DNA of 64,000 nt, from assembly GCA_947498315.1 (NCBI GenBank), contig CANMLD010000001.1, forward strand, positions 38,781 through 102,780, written 5' to 3'. The notes under the pieces are model-generated. The model had not been told where the DNA came from, made no database searches, and saw nothing but the letters and a program-made list of their open reading frames with translations. This document shows, one piece after another, positions 1 through 12,885 of this stretch; position 1 is the stretch's first letter; every line of letters begins with the position of its first letter. The position numbers were made by a program, and so were the translations under genes. This DNA is from Pseudomonadota bacterium (GTDB lineage Bacteria > Myxococcota_A > UBA9042 > GCA-2863065).

Positions 1-3849
<3,849 letters not shown>

Positions 3850-3859
3850 TCGGCACCCG

Positions 3860-3889
3860 CCCAGCGCGCTCCTGATGGGGCGCGCTGGG
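3860..3889 (+). terminator. GC-rich hairpin, probable terminator between convergent genes
   Basis: CCCAGCGCGCTCC-TGAT-GGGGCGCGCTGGG starts 10 bp after the stop; a T-rich run follows near 3898-3903. Confidence 0.5.
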
Positions 3890-4042
3890 GCCCCACCTCT
3901 TTTCCCCAAGACATCGGTACGGAAGTCGCGCAGAGGTCGAAGAGGGGGCCTCCTCCTCACGACTCGAGTCTGCTGGGGTCACCCTGCCTGGGCCCTCCCG
4001 CGGCTCTGCGCGACACCGTCGTCCGGCCTGCCAGAGCGGTTG

Positions 4043-5266
4043 CTAGCCGTGCCGAAGCCAGTTCGTCAGGTCGCCGCCAAAGCCTGAGCGCGCCCACTGC
4101 TCCTCGATACGCGACGAAATCGCGTCGCGGCGCTCCGAGCTCCATGTCGGTGTGAGCCCGTCGAGGACCCGCGTCGTCACGTCTTCAGCGCTGTGACGAC
4201 TATCTCGAATATTGCCGCGGCCGGTGAGCGCGTTCCCGAGCGCGTAGACTTTAGGATTGTCGCGCAGTCGACCCGTCTCCGGATCCTCGATGTCGAGGAG
4301 GTCGCCCCGCATCGGGACGCCTGGGAGCGACTCTGGGAGCGAGCCGATGGCGCTGATGATTCGGGACGCGCGAAGCTCTACCGGGGCGTCGCTGTCGCCT
4401 GCCCTTGAGAACCGAAGCCCGACGAGTCTATCGCGCTCGACGATGGGCCCGATGACCGAGAGCCCGGACTCGAAGGTAATGTTGAATCGATCGAGCACCT
4501 TGTCGATGATTCGGTTCCGGACGGCACGAGCTTTGGCGAGCTGTTCGTCGGTCGCGTTCGGCGGGAGCGGCGAGAGCGGCATGTCGCCCTTCTGCCGTCT
4601 ATAGATGAGACGAATGGTCGGCTGCGTGCCTACATCCCTGGCATGCGTTCCGGCGCCTTCTCGTTCGAGTTCGACGGCGCTCGAGTGGCGCCCGTGTCGC
4701 CGCGACGAGGCCTGCCAGGCTTGAATCCGAAGGATCTTCACGACGTCAATGGACGCCAGACCGCCACCCACGACGAGGCTGTCTCCGAGCGCGCCCACGG
4801 CCTCGTCGTCGTCAGAGGACTGATTGTAGTCTGCGACGAAGTCATTCTGCCGAATCAGCCCGCGCCGCACCCACTCGTCCGCCCCAGTAAAGAGCGGCCG
4901 ATCGCGCCACGCCCCGCTCGCGAGGAGCACGGCGTCGAAGCCCCACCCATGAACGAGCGCTGCGAGATCGACGTCGCGCCCCAGGCGAGTCGACGGCACG
5001 AACGACACCCCCGGCATTGCCAGATGGGCAGCAATCGTCGCCATCTCTTGCGCCCGGAGCTTCTCGTGCCACCGGGGCAGGCCATCTTCGATCTTCCCGA
5101 AAGGACGAAGGTTCTGCTCGAAGACGACCGGCCAAAAGCCCCGCTCGGCACAAACGGCCGCCGCCTCCGAGCCGGCAACGGCCCCACCGATGATCGCAAC
5201 GGCACCGCGCGCGTCGAGACGCGACTCACTCAGCCGTGACTGCCTTGCCCCATCGTGAATGTGCAT
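4043..5266 (-). CDS. FAD-dependent oxidoreductase (GltD / ferredoxin-NADP reductase-like)
   Basis: AVAIIGGAVAGSEAA FAD motif, VVGGGLASID NAD(P) motif, VYALGNA. ATG at 5266 is preceded by GGAG/GAGG. Confidence 0.8.
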   Translation of the reverse strand: MHIHDGARQSRLSESRLDARGAVAIIGGAVAGSEAAAVCAERGFWPVVFEQNLRPFGKIEDGLPRWHEKLRAQEMATIAAHLAMPGVSFVPSTRLGRDVDLAALVHGWGFDAVLLASGAWRDRPLFTGADEWVRRGLIRQNDFVADYNQSSDDDEAVGALGDSLVVGGGLASIDVVKILRIQAWQASSRRHGRHSSAVELEREGAGTHARDVGTQPTIRLIYRRQKGDMPLSPLPPNATDEQLAKARAVRNRIIDKVLDRFNITFESGLSVIGPIVERDRLVGLRFSRAGDSDAPVELRASRIISAIGSLPESLPGVPMRGDLLDIEDPETGRLRDNPKVYALGNALTGRGNIRDSRHSAEDVTTRVLDGLTPTWSSERRDAISSRIEEQWARSGFGGDLTNWLRHG

Positions 5267-5413
5267 GTCGCCTCTACTCCAGCCGTGACGCTGGGTCTCC
5301 CCAGAGATGCAGGTGCCACGCAAGGATGCGCCACCTAGAGGGCTTCGCCAAGCCCCCGATTCACCCCTCAGAAATGTGAGTGGTGCGACCTCGAAAGGTC
5401 GCCCGTAGCTTGA

Positions 5414-5510
5414 GAGGGTCAGACAAAACTCCGATTGGCGTCCGCCGGCAATTTTCGAGCATCGAGTTGCTCTCGCTCCTAGAAGGGCTAGGAGCCCGTC
5501 TTCGTCGCTC
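5414..5510 (+). mobile_element. Truncated left half of the MITE seen intact at 39789-39965
   Basis: GAGGGTCAGACAAAACTCCGATTGGCGTCCGCCGGCAATTTTCGAGCATCGAGTTGCTCTCGCTCCT is nearly identical to the sequence from 39789. Confidence 0.85.
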
Positions 5511-5512
5511 AA

Positions 5513-5668
5513 TCGCAGAGCTTTCAGCTTCACGAGCTCGGCGTGGTCGTCGCTGAGTTCGAAGGCCGCGGGATCGGCGGCGGCTGCTTCGAAGGCCTGA
5601 CTCGCTTTTGGACCTCGCCGGGCGTGCTCAGCCCCTACGTCTCGCCCTGCGAGGTCTGCCCGCTCTGA
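5513..5668 (+). repeat. 156-bp direct repeat, copy A (duplicated 3' end of the 8000-8422 ORF)
   Basis: Aligns without gaps to 8267-8422 with 11 mismatches; both copies end at the TGA after ...EVCPL. Confidence 0.9.
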
Positions 5669-5674
5669 GCGCGG

Positions 5675-5726
5675 CTCGCCGTACCTCGCCCTTCACCTCG
5701 CTCGCCGTACCGCGCCCTTCACCTCG
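5675..5726 (+). repeat. 26-bp tandem duplication
   Basis: CTCGCCGTACC(T/G)CGCCCTTCACCTCG x2 with one mismatch. Confidence 0.8.
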
Positions 5727-5838
5727 CTCATCCCTCTGCCGATCGGCGTCGTCCTTCGCGCGCTTCCCTTGGCCGAACCCGCACTTCTCGCGCCTATCTG
5801 GAGTATTTCGATCCGGCGAAGTCGGCTAGCATCTCCTC

Positions 5839-7971
5839 ATGAGCAACTCCAAGAGTACCGCCTCGCCGCCGGCCCCCATGTGGCATCTGATTGTGGTGGG
5901 CGCTCTCATCCTGTTCTGGGAGTTGGTATTCATCCGGTGGCTCAGCAGCTCGATCCGAGTGGTCAGCTATTACTCCAACTTCGTTCTGACTGCGGCGTTC
6001 TTCGGGCTGGGCCTAGGCTCCCTCGCCAGCCGCTTCGAGACGTTGCGGCTCGACCGCTACATCGGCCCTGCGCTTACACTCGGCGTGGCCATCGGTGCGG
6101 CGCTCACCGGCTATCACCACTTCAACCCGGGCGGGGACTCCGAGTACGTCTGGATCGGGGCACCGTTTGGGATCAATCTGTCGGTTAACGAGGAGAACGG
6201 CCAGATCGGCTTCTACCTCATCCTCGTAACCGTCTACCTCGTCACCACGGCGGCGTTCGCCATGCTCGGCTACCGGGCGGGACTCCTCTTCCGGCAGTAC
6301 TCCACCCTAGCTGCTTACAGCTACGAGATCTTCGGGAGCCTCTGCGGCCTCCTGCTATTTGGCGCCATGTCCTGGCTCCGTCTGTCGCCCGTCGCATGGG
6401 TGGCCGTGGGCTTCCTCCTGCTCCTACCCATCACCGAGCGGCGCCGCTTCGATCTTGTGGCGTTCGGCTTGTCGGCGGCGGTGGCGCTGCTGCTCGTTGC
6501 ACCCGTGTCCGGCATGTTTCGCTGGTCGCCGTACTACAAGATCTTCTCCGAGCCGGTCACCGAAGTGGTGGACAAGAGCCAGGAGACCGTCGCGCAGTTC
6601 GAGAGACCCATTGGCGTCGCCCTCTCGGTGAACAACGACTACCACCAGATGTTGCTCGACCTCCGCCCCCGCGCGGCAGAGCATCCGTTCCTCGCAGAGT
6701 GGCGCGAGCTTTACGATTTACCCTATCGGAAGTACTCGCAGCTTCCCGATGGCCCCGTCCTCATCGTCGGAGCGGGCACCGGAAACGACATCGCTGCGGC
6801 CCTGCGGAACACGTCGCGGCCTGTGACGGCGGTGGAGATCGATCCCGTCATCATCGAACTCGGGCGGGAGCTTCACTTCGAACAGCCCTACAAGAGCCCA
6901 CGCGTTACCATCGTCAATGACGACGCGCGCTCGTACTTCCAGCGGACGAATGATCGCTACGCTGCCGTCGTGTTCGGGTTCCTCGACAGCCACACCCTGC
7001 TCTCGTCTTTCTCGTCGCTACGCCTCGATAACTTCGTCTACACGAAGGAGTCCCTCGCACGAGTCAAGGATCTGCTCCTGCCCGGCGGGCGCGTGTTTCT
7101 CACGTTCGCCGTAAATCGTTCCTGGATCAACGACCGGCTAGTCCGGATGCTGCGAGAGGTCTTCGACCAGCCGCCGGAGATGTTGGCCACAACGGGCCAG
7201 CTCTATGCCAACGGCGTGGTCTACACCACGTGCCGCCCCTTCGAAGGCGAGACCACGTGCAAGGATGCCGTCGCCACGGCGCTCGCCATTACAGGCGACG
7301 AGACGATTGAGGCTGCCACGGACGACTGGCCGTTCCTTTACCTCAAAGACCGCAGTATTCCCGGGCACTATCAGGCGTTCATCCTCACGATTGTTCTCCT
7401 CGGTGTGCTCGCGCTCCTGCTGCTTCCCAGGGGACAGCGCCAGCTCAAGCTGCCCTACCTCTTCATGGGCGCCGCGTTCTTCCTGCTGGAGGCCAGCAAC
7501 GTCGTGGCCTTGTCTCTCATGTTCGGCTCCACGTGGACCGTCAACGTCCTCGTGTTCGGCGGGATCCTGCTTCTCGTACTCCTCGCCAACCTCGCGTCGG
7601 GGACCGCACTACGCCGGCTGCCTCGCCTCGTGCTCTTTTTGCTGCTGCTCGGCAACTTGTTGGCCGCGTGGTTGATCCCCTCGTCGGCCCTGCTGGCGAT
7701 CCAGCCAGTGGCGCTCCAGTACGTCTTTGCCGTCGCGGTCTTCCTCGGCCCGATCTTCTTTTCATCGCTCATCTTCGCCAGCCTCATCGACAAGGAGCCC
7801 AACCTCCATCAGGCCTACGGTTCCAACCTTCTGGGGGCGCTGCTCGGGGCCGGCTGTGAGTACGTCTCGCTTCTACTGGGCTTCAAGACCCTCTTGCTCG
7901 TGCCTATGTTCCTCTATGCGCTCACCTTGTTGCTGCTCGTGCTGGAGCGGCGGACTCGGGGGCTTGCGTGA
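5839..7971 (+). CDS. Membrane-bound spermidine-synthase-like SAM-dependent transferase (fused MFS/spermidine synthase type)
   Basis: Multi-TM N- and C-terminal regions flank VLIVGAGTGNDI...AVEIDP...NDDAR; ATDDWPFLY motif. Confidence 0.85.
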   Translation: MSNSKSTASPPAPMWHLIVVGALILFWELVFIRWLSSSIRVVSYYSNFVLTAAFFGLGLGSLASRFETLRLDRYIGPALTLGVAIGAALTGYHHFNPGGDSEYVWIGAPFGINLSVNEENGQIGFYLILVTVYLVTTAAFAMLGYRAGLLFRQYSTLAAYSYEIFGSLCGLLLFGAMSWLRLSPVAWVAVGFLLLLPITERRRFDLVAFGLSAAVALLLVAPVSGMFRWSPYYKIFSEPVTEVVDKSQETVAQFERPIGVALSVNNDYHQMLLDLRPRAAEHPFLAEWRELYDLPYRKYSQLPDGPVLIVGAGTGNDIAAALRNTSRPVTAVEIDPVIIELGRELHFEQPYKSPRVTIVNDDARSYFQRTNDRYAAVVFGFLDSHTLLSSFSSLRLDNFVYTKESLARVKDLLLPGGRVFLTFAVNRSWINDRLVRMLREVFDQPPEMLATTGQLYANGVVYTTCRPFEGETTCKDAVATALAITGDETIEAATDDWPFLYLKDRSIPGHYQAFILTIVLLGVLALLLLPRGQRQLKLPYLFMGAAFFLLEASNVVALSLMFGSTWTVNVLVFGGILLLVLLANLASGTALRRLPRLVLFLLLLGNLLAAWLIPSSALLAIQPVALQYVFAVAVFLGPIFFSSLIFASLIDKEPNLHQAYGSNLLGALLGAGCEYVSLLLGFKTLLLVPMFLYALTLLLLVLERRTRGLA

Positions 7972-7999
7972 GCGCACACAGACCCTTTCGCCTGGACTG

Positions 8000-8422
8000 A
8001 TGGTCCTAAAGTTCGGCTATCGCTCGCTCCGGTCGGCAGCACCGGCGGTCGATTGTGCGCGTGAGTCCCCGAGCGTCTTTGCGCGCGCCGCCTACGAGAA
8101 CCGCCACTGCACGGGCACGGGCCTCCCGTCCTTCTTCGAGTGTTCGCTCTTCCCGAGCTCGAGCACGAGCCACGAGTCCTTCTTCCTCACGGGTGGCGCT
8201 GTCAGCTTCGGCCCGGACCTCGACGGTCAAGGCCACGGCGGCGCCTGGCAGCAGAACAGAAAGGATTCGCTGAGCTTTCAGATTCACGAGCTCGTCGTGG
8301 TCGTCGCTGAGTTCGAAGGCCGCGGGATCGGCGGCGGGTGCTTCGAGGGCGTGACGCGCTTTTGGACCTCGCCCGGCGTCCTCAGCCCCTACGTCTCGCC
8401 CTACGAGGTTTGCCCGCTCTGA
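8000..8422 (+). CDS. Hypothetical protein or 3' gene remnant; its last 156 bp are direct-repeat copy B
   Basis: Open frame ending ...SPYVSPYEVCPL; 6 of the 11 differences to copy A are synonymous in this frame. Confidence 0.4.
   Translation: MVLKFGYRSLRSAAPAVDCARESPSVFARAAYENRHCTGTGLPSFFECSLFPSSSTSHESFFLTGGAVSFGPDLDGQGHGGAWQQNRKDSLSFQIHELVVVVAEFEGRGIGGGCFEGVTRFWTSPGVLSPYVSPYEVCPL
8267..8422 (+). repeat. 156-bp direct repeat, copy B
   Basis: About 93% identical to 5513-5668. Confidence 0.9.
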
Positions 8423-8608
8423 TCCCGTCGTTCCACCTCGCCTTAAAGGCACGCTGCCGCTCCTAGAGCGTCTTTCATGTCCTCAACAGCTTCGCGAGTG
8501 GCACAACGCTCCCTTGTTCAGCCGCCGTGGTTTCGTTACCATCCCCTGCGTGCTGCGGAATTAGACGCAGCGGGGCCTTCACGACGCGGGCAAACCTGGA
8601 GGTAGACA

Positions 8609-9943
8609 ATGCAGGATCCAGTCATTCGTGAACATGGGGAGTCTCTGCGGCTGACTGAGCCCGTCTCGTCTCCCGAAAGCGCGGCCCCTCGCGAGCTCAA
8701 GTCCATGGGCTACGACGCCGGCGCTCAACGAGTTCGGCCGAATCGAACGGACCGGAGTGGTCTCTTTGGTGGCCTCGTAGTAGCGCAGTTGGCGCAGCAG
8801 CTGGGGATCGAAGGGGGCGAGACTGCCGTACACTTTGGGAGCGGCGGGCCTGCGGGGACTCGGGCAGAGGGCGCGGTAGAAGGTGGCGAAGTCCACCTGT
8901 CCGTTGGCCCGGAGGCCATGTTCACCCGAGCCGGTCGGCAGCTCGCGGCCCATGAACTGGCTCACATCGCTCAGCCGATTACCAACTCGGAAGGCACGGG
9001 CCGGGCTGACCGCACCCAGGCTGCGGAGGCGGACGCTGACCGAGCCGCCGACGCTGTCGTGGAAGGTCGCACCGCAGAACCGTCCACGAGCCGGGGGCCC
9101 GAAGCGCACTTCAAGGTGGCCCAGAAACCCTCACCGCTGTCCGACGCTGCGGTCAATCAGGCGGTGTCCTGGTATGCGAAGTCGGGGTATTCCGCCGGTC
9201 GGCTCAGGCAGATCCGACGAAAGGTGGGGGCGGCGCCTGACGGCAACATCGGCCCTGTAACGGTGCGTGCCATCGCGGCTTGGCAGGGGGCGCACGGCCT
9301 CGCTGCCGACGGCGTTGTCGGCCCCCTGACGTTGGCCGTGATGTTCCCGAAGGTCGCCCAGAAGACGCCCAAGAAGGGCCCCGCGAAGAAGCCGCCGCCC
9401 GGTCCGGCCGCTGTCCCTCCGACCGCCGGGAGCACTATCGAAGAGAAGATGGCTTGGTGGGACACGCACGCTCCCAAGGCCGACTACCGAAAAGTCAACT
9501 TCCGAGGCGTGCGCATGAACCGGCGTACCGTGGCGCTCATTCGGCGCGCCGAGTCCGTCATGGTGGACCACTTCGACCACCGGAAGTTCCAGTTCTCGTT
9601 AACACAGGGCAGCTACAACACGGGCGTGGGGCTCAGTGCGGGCACTCACGACGGTGGTGGCGCCCTCGACATTCGGGTGGGCGGCTACTCGAAAACGGTC
9701 GTGGACGACATGGTCCGATCGCTGCGAATCGCCGGCTTTGCGGCCTGGAGCCGCGGCCGTGGCTATGACACGTTCGATCCCCACATCCACGGGATCGCCA
9801 TTGGCGACAAAGAGGCGAGCGGCGGGGCGAAGAGCCAGGTCGTCGCTTACGGCAACGGCAGAAACGGTCTCTCTGGCAACGCCGTTGACGCGGACGAGAA
9901 GCTGAAGGCCAAGAGCCCGACCTGGGCGAAGAAGCACCTGTAA
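8609..9943 (+). CDS. DUF4157 (eCIS core)-like domain, peptidoglycan-binding domain and endolysin-like Zn peptidase
   Basis: GRQLAAHELAHIAQ...AEADADRAADAV (DUF4157); DGNIGPVT...WQGAHGLAADGVVGPLT (PG_binding_1); THDGGGALD (HxxxxxxD) and PHIH (HxH). GGAGG RBS; no signal peptide. Confidence 0.8.
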   Translation: MQDPVIREHGESLRLTEPVSSPESAAPRELKSMGYDAGAQRVRPNRTDRSGLFGGLVVAQLAQQLGIEGGETAVHFGSGGPAGTRAEGAVEGGEVHLSVGPEAMFTRAGRQLAAHELAHIAQPITNSEGTGRADRTQAAEADADRAADAVVEGRTAEPSTSRGPEAHFKVAQKPSPLSDAAVNQAVSWYAKSGYSAGRLRQIRRKVGAAPDGNIGPVTVRAIAAWQGAHGLAADGVVGPLTLAVMFPKVAQKTPKKGPAKKPPPGPAAVPPTAGSTIEEKMAWWDTHAPKADYRKVNFRGVRMNRRTVALIRRAESVMVDHFDHRKFQFSLTQGSYNTGVGLSAGTHDGGGALDIRVGGYSKTVVDDMVRSLRIAGFAAWSRGRGYDTFDPHIHGIAIGDKEASGGAKSQVVAYGNGRNGLSGNAVDADEKLKAKSPTWAKKHL

Positions 9944-9990
9944 TCGTCCGGTGACACGGCGACCCCCAACACGCAGGTGGTGAGTGGCTG

Positions 9991-10179
9991 CTAAGCGTCG
10001 ATCAAGCCGAAATGCCTCGACAGGAACGCCTCCACGAAGGGCACGACCACCTCCGGATACTCGATAAATAAATAATGATTCCCTCGTGGCACTTTCAGGA
10101 TCTGGGTCCGAGGTGCGTGACGAAGCACGGTCTCTGTGACCGCACGCGGCGTCATGAGATCTCGCTCTCCCGTGATCAA
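9991..10179 (-). pseudogene. C-terminal fragment of an alpha/beta hydrolase
   Basis: ITGERDLMTP...GNHYLFIEYPEVV keeps the acid and His motifs; the nucleophile region is missing and an in-frame stop lies ~75 bp upstream. Confidence 0.7.
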
Positions 10180-10403
10180 TGACTCACCCCGAAGCGGCAG
10201 ACGAACCCGACGCTGTGGCCGCTCCCACGGCCAAAGGGGCCGGCGCTGCGACTACGCCTCGCGAGTCACCTGAGCTTGGTTTCACGCCGTTTCGCGGCAC
10301 GACGAGGACCGCTGTGCCGAGCCACGGCATCTCGTTGGCTCGACTGCCCCCAGCCGCCGCCTTCCTTCGTGACAGAAACGTTCTGGTGGGGCACGTTCGG
10401 CCT

Positions 10404-11132
10404 GTGAGACGGCCCCACTTTCAGTCCATTCGAGCCGCCGTCGCTTTGACGGCGCTGGCATGCGGCTCACCCCTCGAAGCGGACCTCTCCAACACGTCCG
10501 CGTGTGGCTCCCTCGGTCGCGCACTCCTCGAGGTTTGTGGCGGCGAGCTGGCCGACGCGACCGACCCGCTCTTTCAGTACTTGAACTGCAACATCCTCCC
10601 GGGCTGCCCGAGGGGGCAGGTCGAGACCTCGGACATCGACGACTGCGCGGCCCGAATTCGCGCTCAACGAGACGATGACGCAGGCAAACCACTCATCCTG
10701 GCTTGCCGAGACGCCCTCGCCGTCGAATGCACCATCGCGCGCGCGGACTGCGGCGACAACGAAGAGCCGCCCGACGGCGCTCTCGTCGGCTTTTGGCGCG
10801 CGTGCGAACGTATCCGCGCGACGCTGGGCGACGACTGCCTGCTCGGCGAGGCCCAGGTGACCAGTATCGCCGACACGGCAGCGGGCGATGCCGACCGGGC
10901 TGCATCACTCACGACCGAAGCCGCATGGGCTGCGTGTTCCACGCTTCTCCGCTGCGATCGCGCTGGTGCGTTCTCCGACTCGGATCTGGTCCTCGCGCTG
11001 ACCGCGTCATCGGGACTCGATTGCGAGGTTGCCAAGACGCAGCTTTTGGCCGCCGACGTCGACCGCGGATTTTGCGCCCCCTTTGAGAGCAGCACGTCGT
11101 CGACGACCCTGGCCCTCCGGAGCGCGCCGTGA
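10404..11132 (+). CDS. Cys-rich lipoprotein, hypothetical
   Basis: Lipobox AVALTALAC after a GTG at 10404 (ORF track starts at 10179); stop overlaps the ABC ATPase start. Confidence 0.65.
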   Translation: MRRPHFQSIRAAVALTALACGSPLEADLSNTSACGSLGRALLEVCGGELADATDPLFQYLNCNILPGCPRGQVETSDIDDCAARIRAQRDDDAGKPLILACRDALAVECTIARADCGDNEEPPDGALVGFWRACERIRATLGDDCLLGEAQVTSIADTAAGDADRAASLTTEAAWAACSTLLRCDRAGAFSDSDLVLALTASSGLDCEVAKTQLLAADVDRGFCAPFESSTSSTTLALRSAP

Positions 11133-12055
11133 GCGACGTCGTCTTCGAGACCAAAGACATCACCTTCTCCTACGGGGGCCGACCTGCGCTCACGGCGCTC
11201 ACGACGGCGGTCTCGCCAGGGACCATCGGGCTCCTCGGGCCGAACGGTGCCGGCAAGACCACCTACATCCGCACCCTCCTCGGGCTCACGAACCCGCAAT
11301 CAGGCTCGGCCACCGTCCTCGGTTTCGACGCTCGCCGCGACGCGCCACTCATCCGTCAGCGCGTTGGCTACATGCCCGAAAACGAGTGTTACTTCGCCGA
11401 CCAGTCGGGGCTTGAAGCGGTCATCTACGCCGCTCGCCTCTCAGGGCTGCCCCGCAACGCCGCGATCCAGCGCGCCCACGAGATGCTCGACTTCGCCGGT
11501 ATCGACGAGGCCCGTTACCGCGGCACCCAGGGCTACTCGACCGGTATGAAGCAGCGCGTAAAGCTGGCTCAGGCGCTCGTCCACGGCCCCGAGCTGCTCT
11601 TCCTCGACGAGCCGACCAACGGCCTCGATCCGAAGGGCCGCGACGACATGCTCGACCTGATCGCCGGCCTTGGTGCCGCGTCGGTCTCCGTCGTGCTCAG
11701 TACTCACATTCTCAATGATGTCGAGCGAGTATGCTCCGATGTCCTCCTGCTCGCGGGTGGCCAGCTCAAGCACTATGGTCCACTGAGTGCCTTCACCGCA
11801 GGTGCATCCGGCGAGTGGATCGTCCACGTCAAGGAGGGCAGGGGCCTGCTGATGGACTCGCTCACCCGTGCCGGGCTCGTCCCTTTCGGCGCCGAACCTG
11901 ACGCGCCCTTGCAGTTCCGGCTGCGGCTCGAGGCCCAGCAGGTCCTCACTTTCTGGCAGGTCGTCACGACCACCGGCGTTCAGGTCCGTGAGTTCGCCCC
12001 AGAGCAGCTCTCACTCGAGACCGCCTTGATGCGCTTTCTTGGAGCGGCCGCATGA
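11129..12055 (+). CDS. ABC transporter ATP-binding protein
   Basis: GPNGAGKT, YSTGMKQR, LFLDEPT, H-loop STH. Confidence 0.95.
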   Translation: MSDVVFETKDITFSYGGRPALTALTTAVSPGTIGLLGPNGAGKTTYIRTLLGLTNPQSGSATVLGFDARRDAPLIRQRVGYMPENECYFADQSGLEAVIYAARLSGLPRNAAIQRAHEMLDFAGIDEARYRGTQGYSTGMKQRVKLAQALVHGPELLFLDEPTNGLDPKGRDDMLDLIAGLGAASVSVVLSTHILNDVERVCSDVLLLAGGQLKHYGPLSAFTAGASGEWIVHVKEGRGLLMDSLTRAGLVPFGAEPDAPLQFRLRLEAQQVLTFWQVVTTTGVQVREFAPEQLSLETALMRFLGAAA

Positions 12056-12885
12056 GCATCTACACCACCCGCTACCAGGGCTACGATGGACCTCGCGAAG
12101 CGCCCTCGACCCGTTTCCTGGCCATCGCCGAAAACGAGCTGCGCCGCTTCCTACAGGAGAAGTGGGCCAAACGCCTGGTCCTTCTGGCGTGGACGCCTGT
12201 CATCTTCCTGGCCGGCTGGCTCTACCTCGCCCTCATCCTGAAGAAGGTCTCGGGCGTGGAAGGGCCGTCGCTCCTGGTCTACGACTACCTCTTCCGCTCT
12301 GAGCTCTTCTTCATCGCGGTGATGTTGGCTGCGTTCGGGGCTGGCGTCATCGTTCGCGACATCGACTCGAAGGCGCTCACGCTCTACTTCACGAGGCCGA
12401 TCGACGCGGGGCAATATCACCTGGGCAAGCTCATCGCGACCGGGGCGCTCGTCCTGGTCGTGACCATGGTGCCTGGTCTCCTGCTTGCCGTTGCCCAACA
12501 CGCCATGGCAGAAGAGTTTCGTCCACTCGAGCTCCTCGACGGGCTCTGGCGTATCGCCGTCTGTTCGTTCGGGATCGCGTTCACCGGCGGCAACCTCATC
12601 CTCCTCCTCTCGTCTACTGGCTGGTCTTCGCGGTACGTTGGCGCAGCCTGGCTCGGCGCATTCACCCTCGCCGAGGTCATCCGCGGCGTGCTGGTCACGG
12701 GGCTCGGCTCGCAGCCGATGCTCGACCTCATCAGTCTCGGTCGCCTCTTCACCGGCTCCGTCGAGTACCTCTTCGCCGGCCGCAGCGATCAGCTCCCGGC
12801 GCTGGTGTCGCTCTACGCGCTGGGCGTCTTCTTCTTCGTTTGGCTTCGCTTCCGCATCATCGCGCTCGAGCGGGGCAAGTCATGA
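12052..12885 (+). CDS. ABC-2 type permease
   Basis: About 6 TMs, LYFTRPI...YHLGKL motif; ATGA overlaps with both neighbours. Confidence 0.9.
   Translation: MSIYTTRYQGYDGPREAPSTRFLAIAENELRRFLQEKWAKRLVLLAWTPVIFLAGWLYLALILKKVSGVEGPSLLVYDYLFRSELFFIAVMLAAFGAGVIVRDIDSKALTLYFTRPIDAGQYHLGKLIATGALVLVVTMVPGLLLAVAQHAMAEEFRPLELLDGLWRIAVCSFGIAFTGGNLILLLSSTGWSSRYVGAAWLGAFTLAEVIRGVLVTGLGSQPMLDLISLGRLFTGSVEYLFAGRSDQLPALVSLYALGVFFFVWLRFRIIALERGKS

Noticed and set aside
5318..5333. Sigma54-like TGGCGC...TTGC upstream of the oxidoreductase
   Set aside because: The GG-to-GC spacing is 9 nt instead of the required 10.
5513..8422. The 156-bp repeat pair as TR/VR of a diversity-generating retroelement
   Set aside because: Mismatches are not adenine-specific (several C/G swaps at third positions) and there is no reverse transcriptase in the window.
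8530..8600. Riboswitch upstream of the DUF4157 gene
   Set aside because: A hairpin and GGCAAACC are present, but the other c-di-GMP-I elements are not in the right order.
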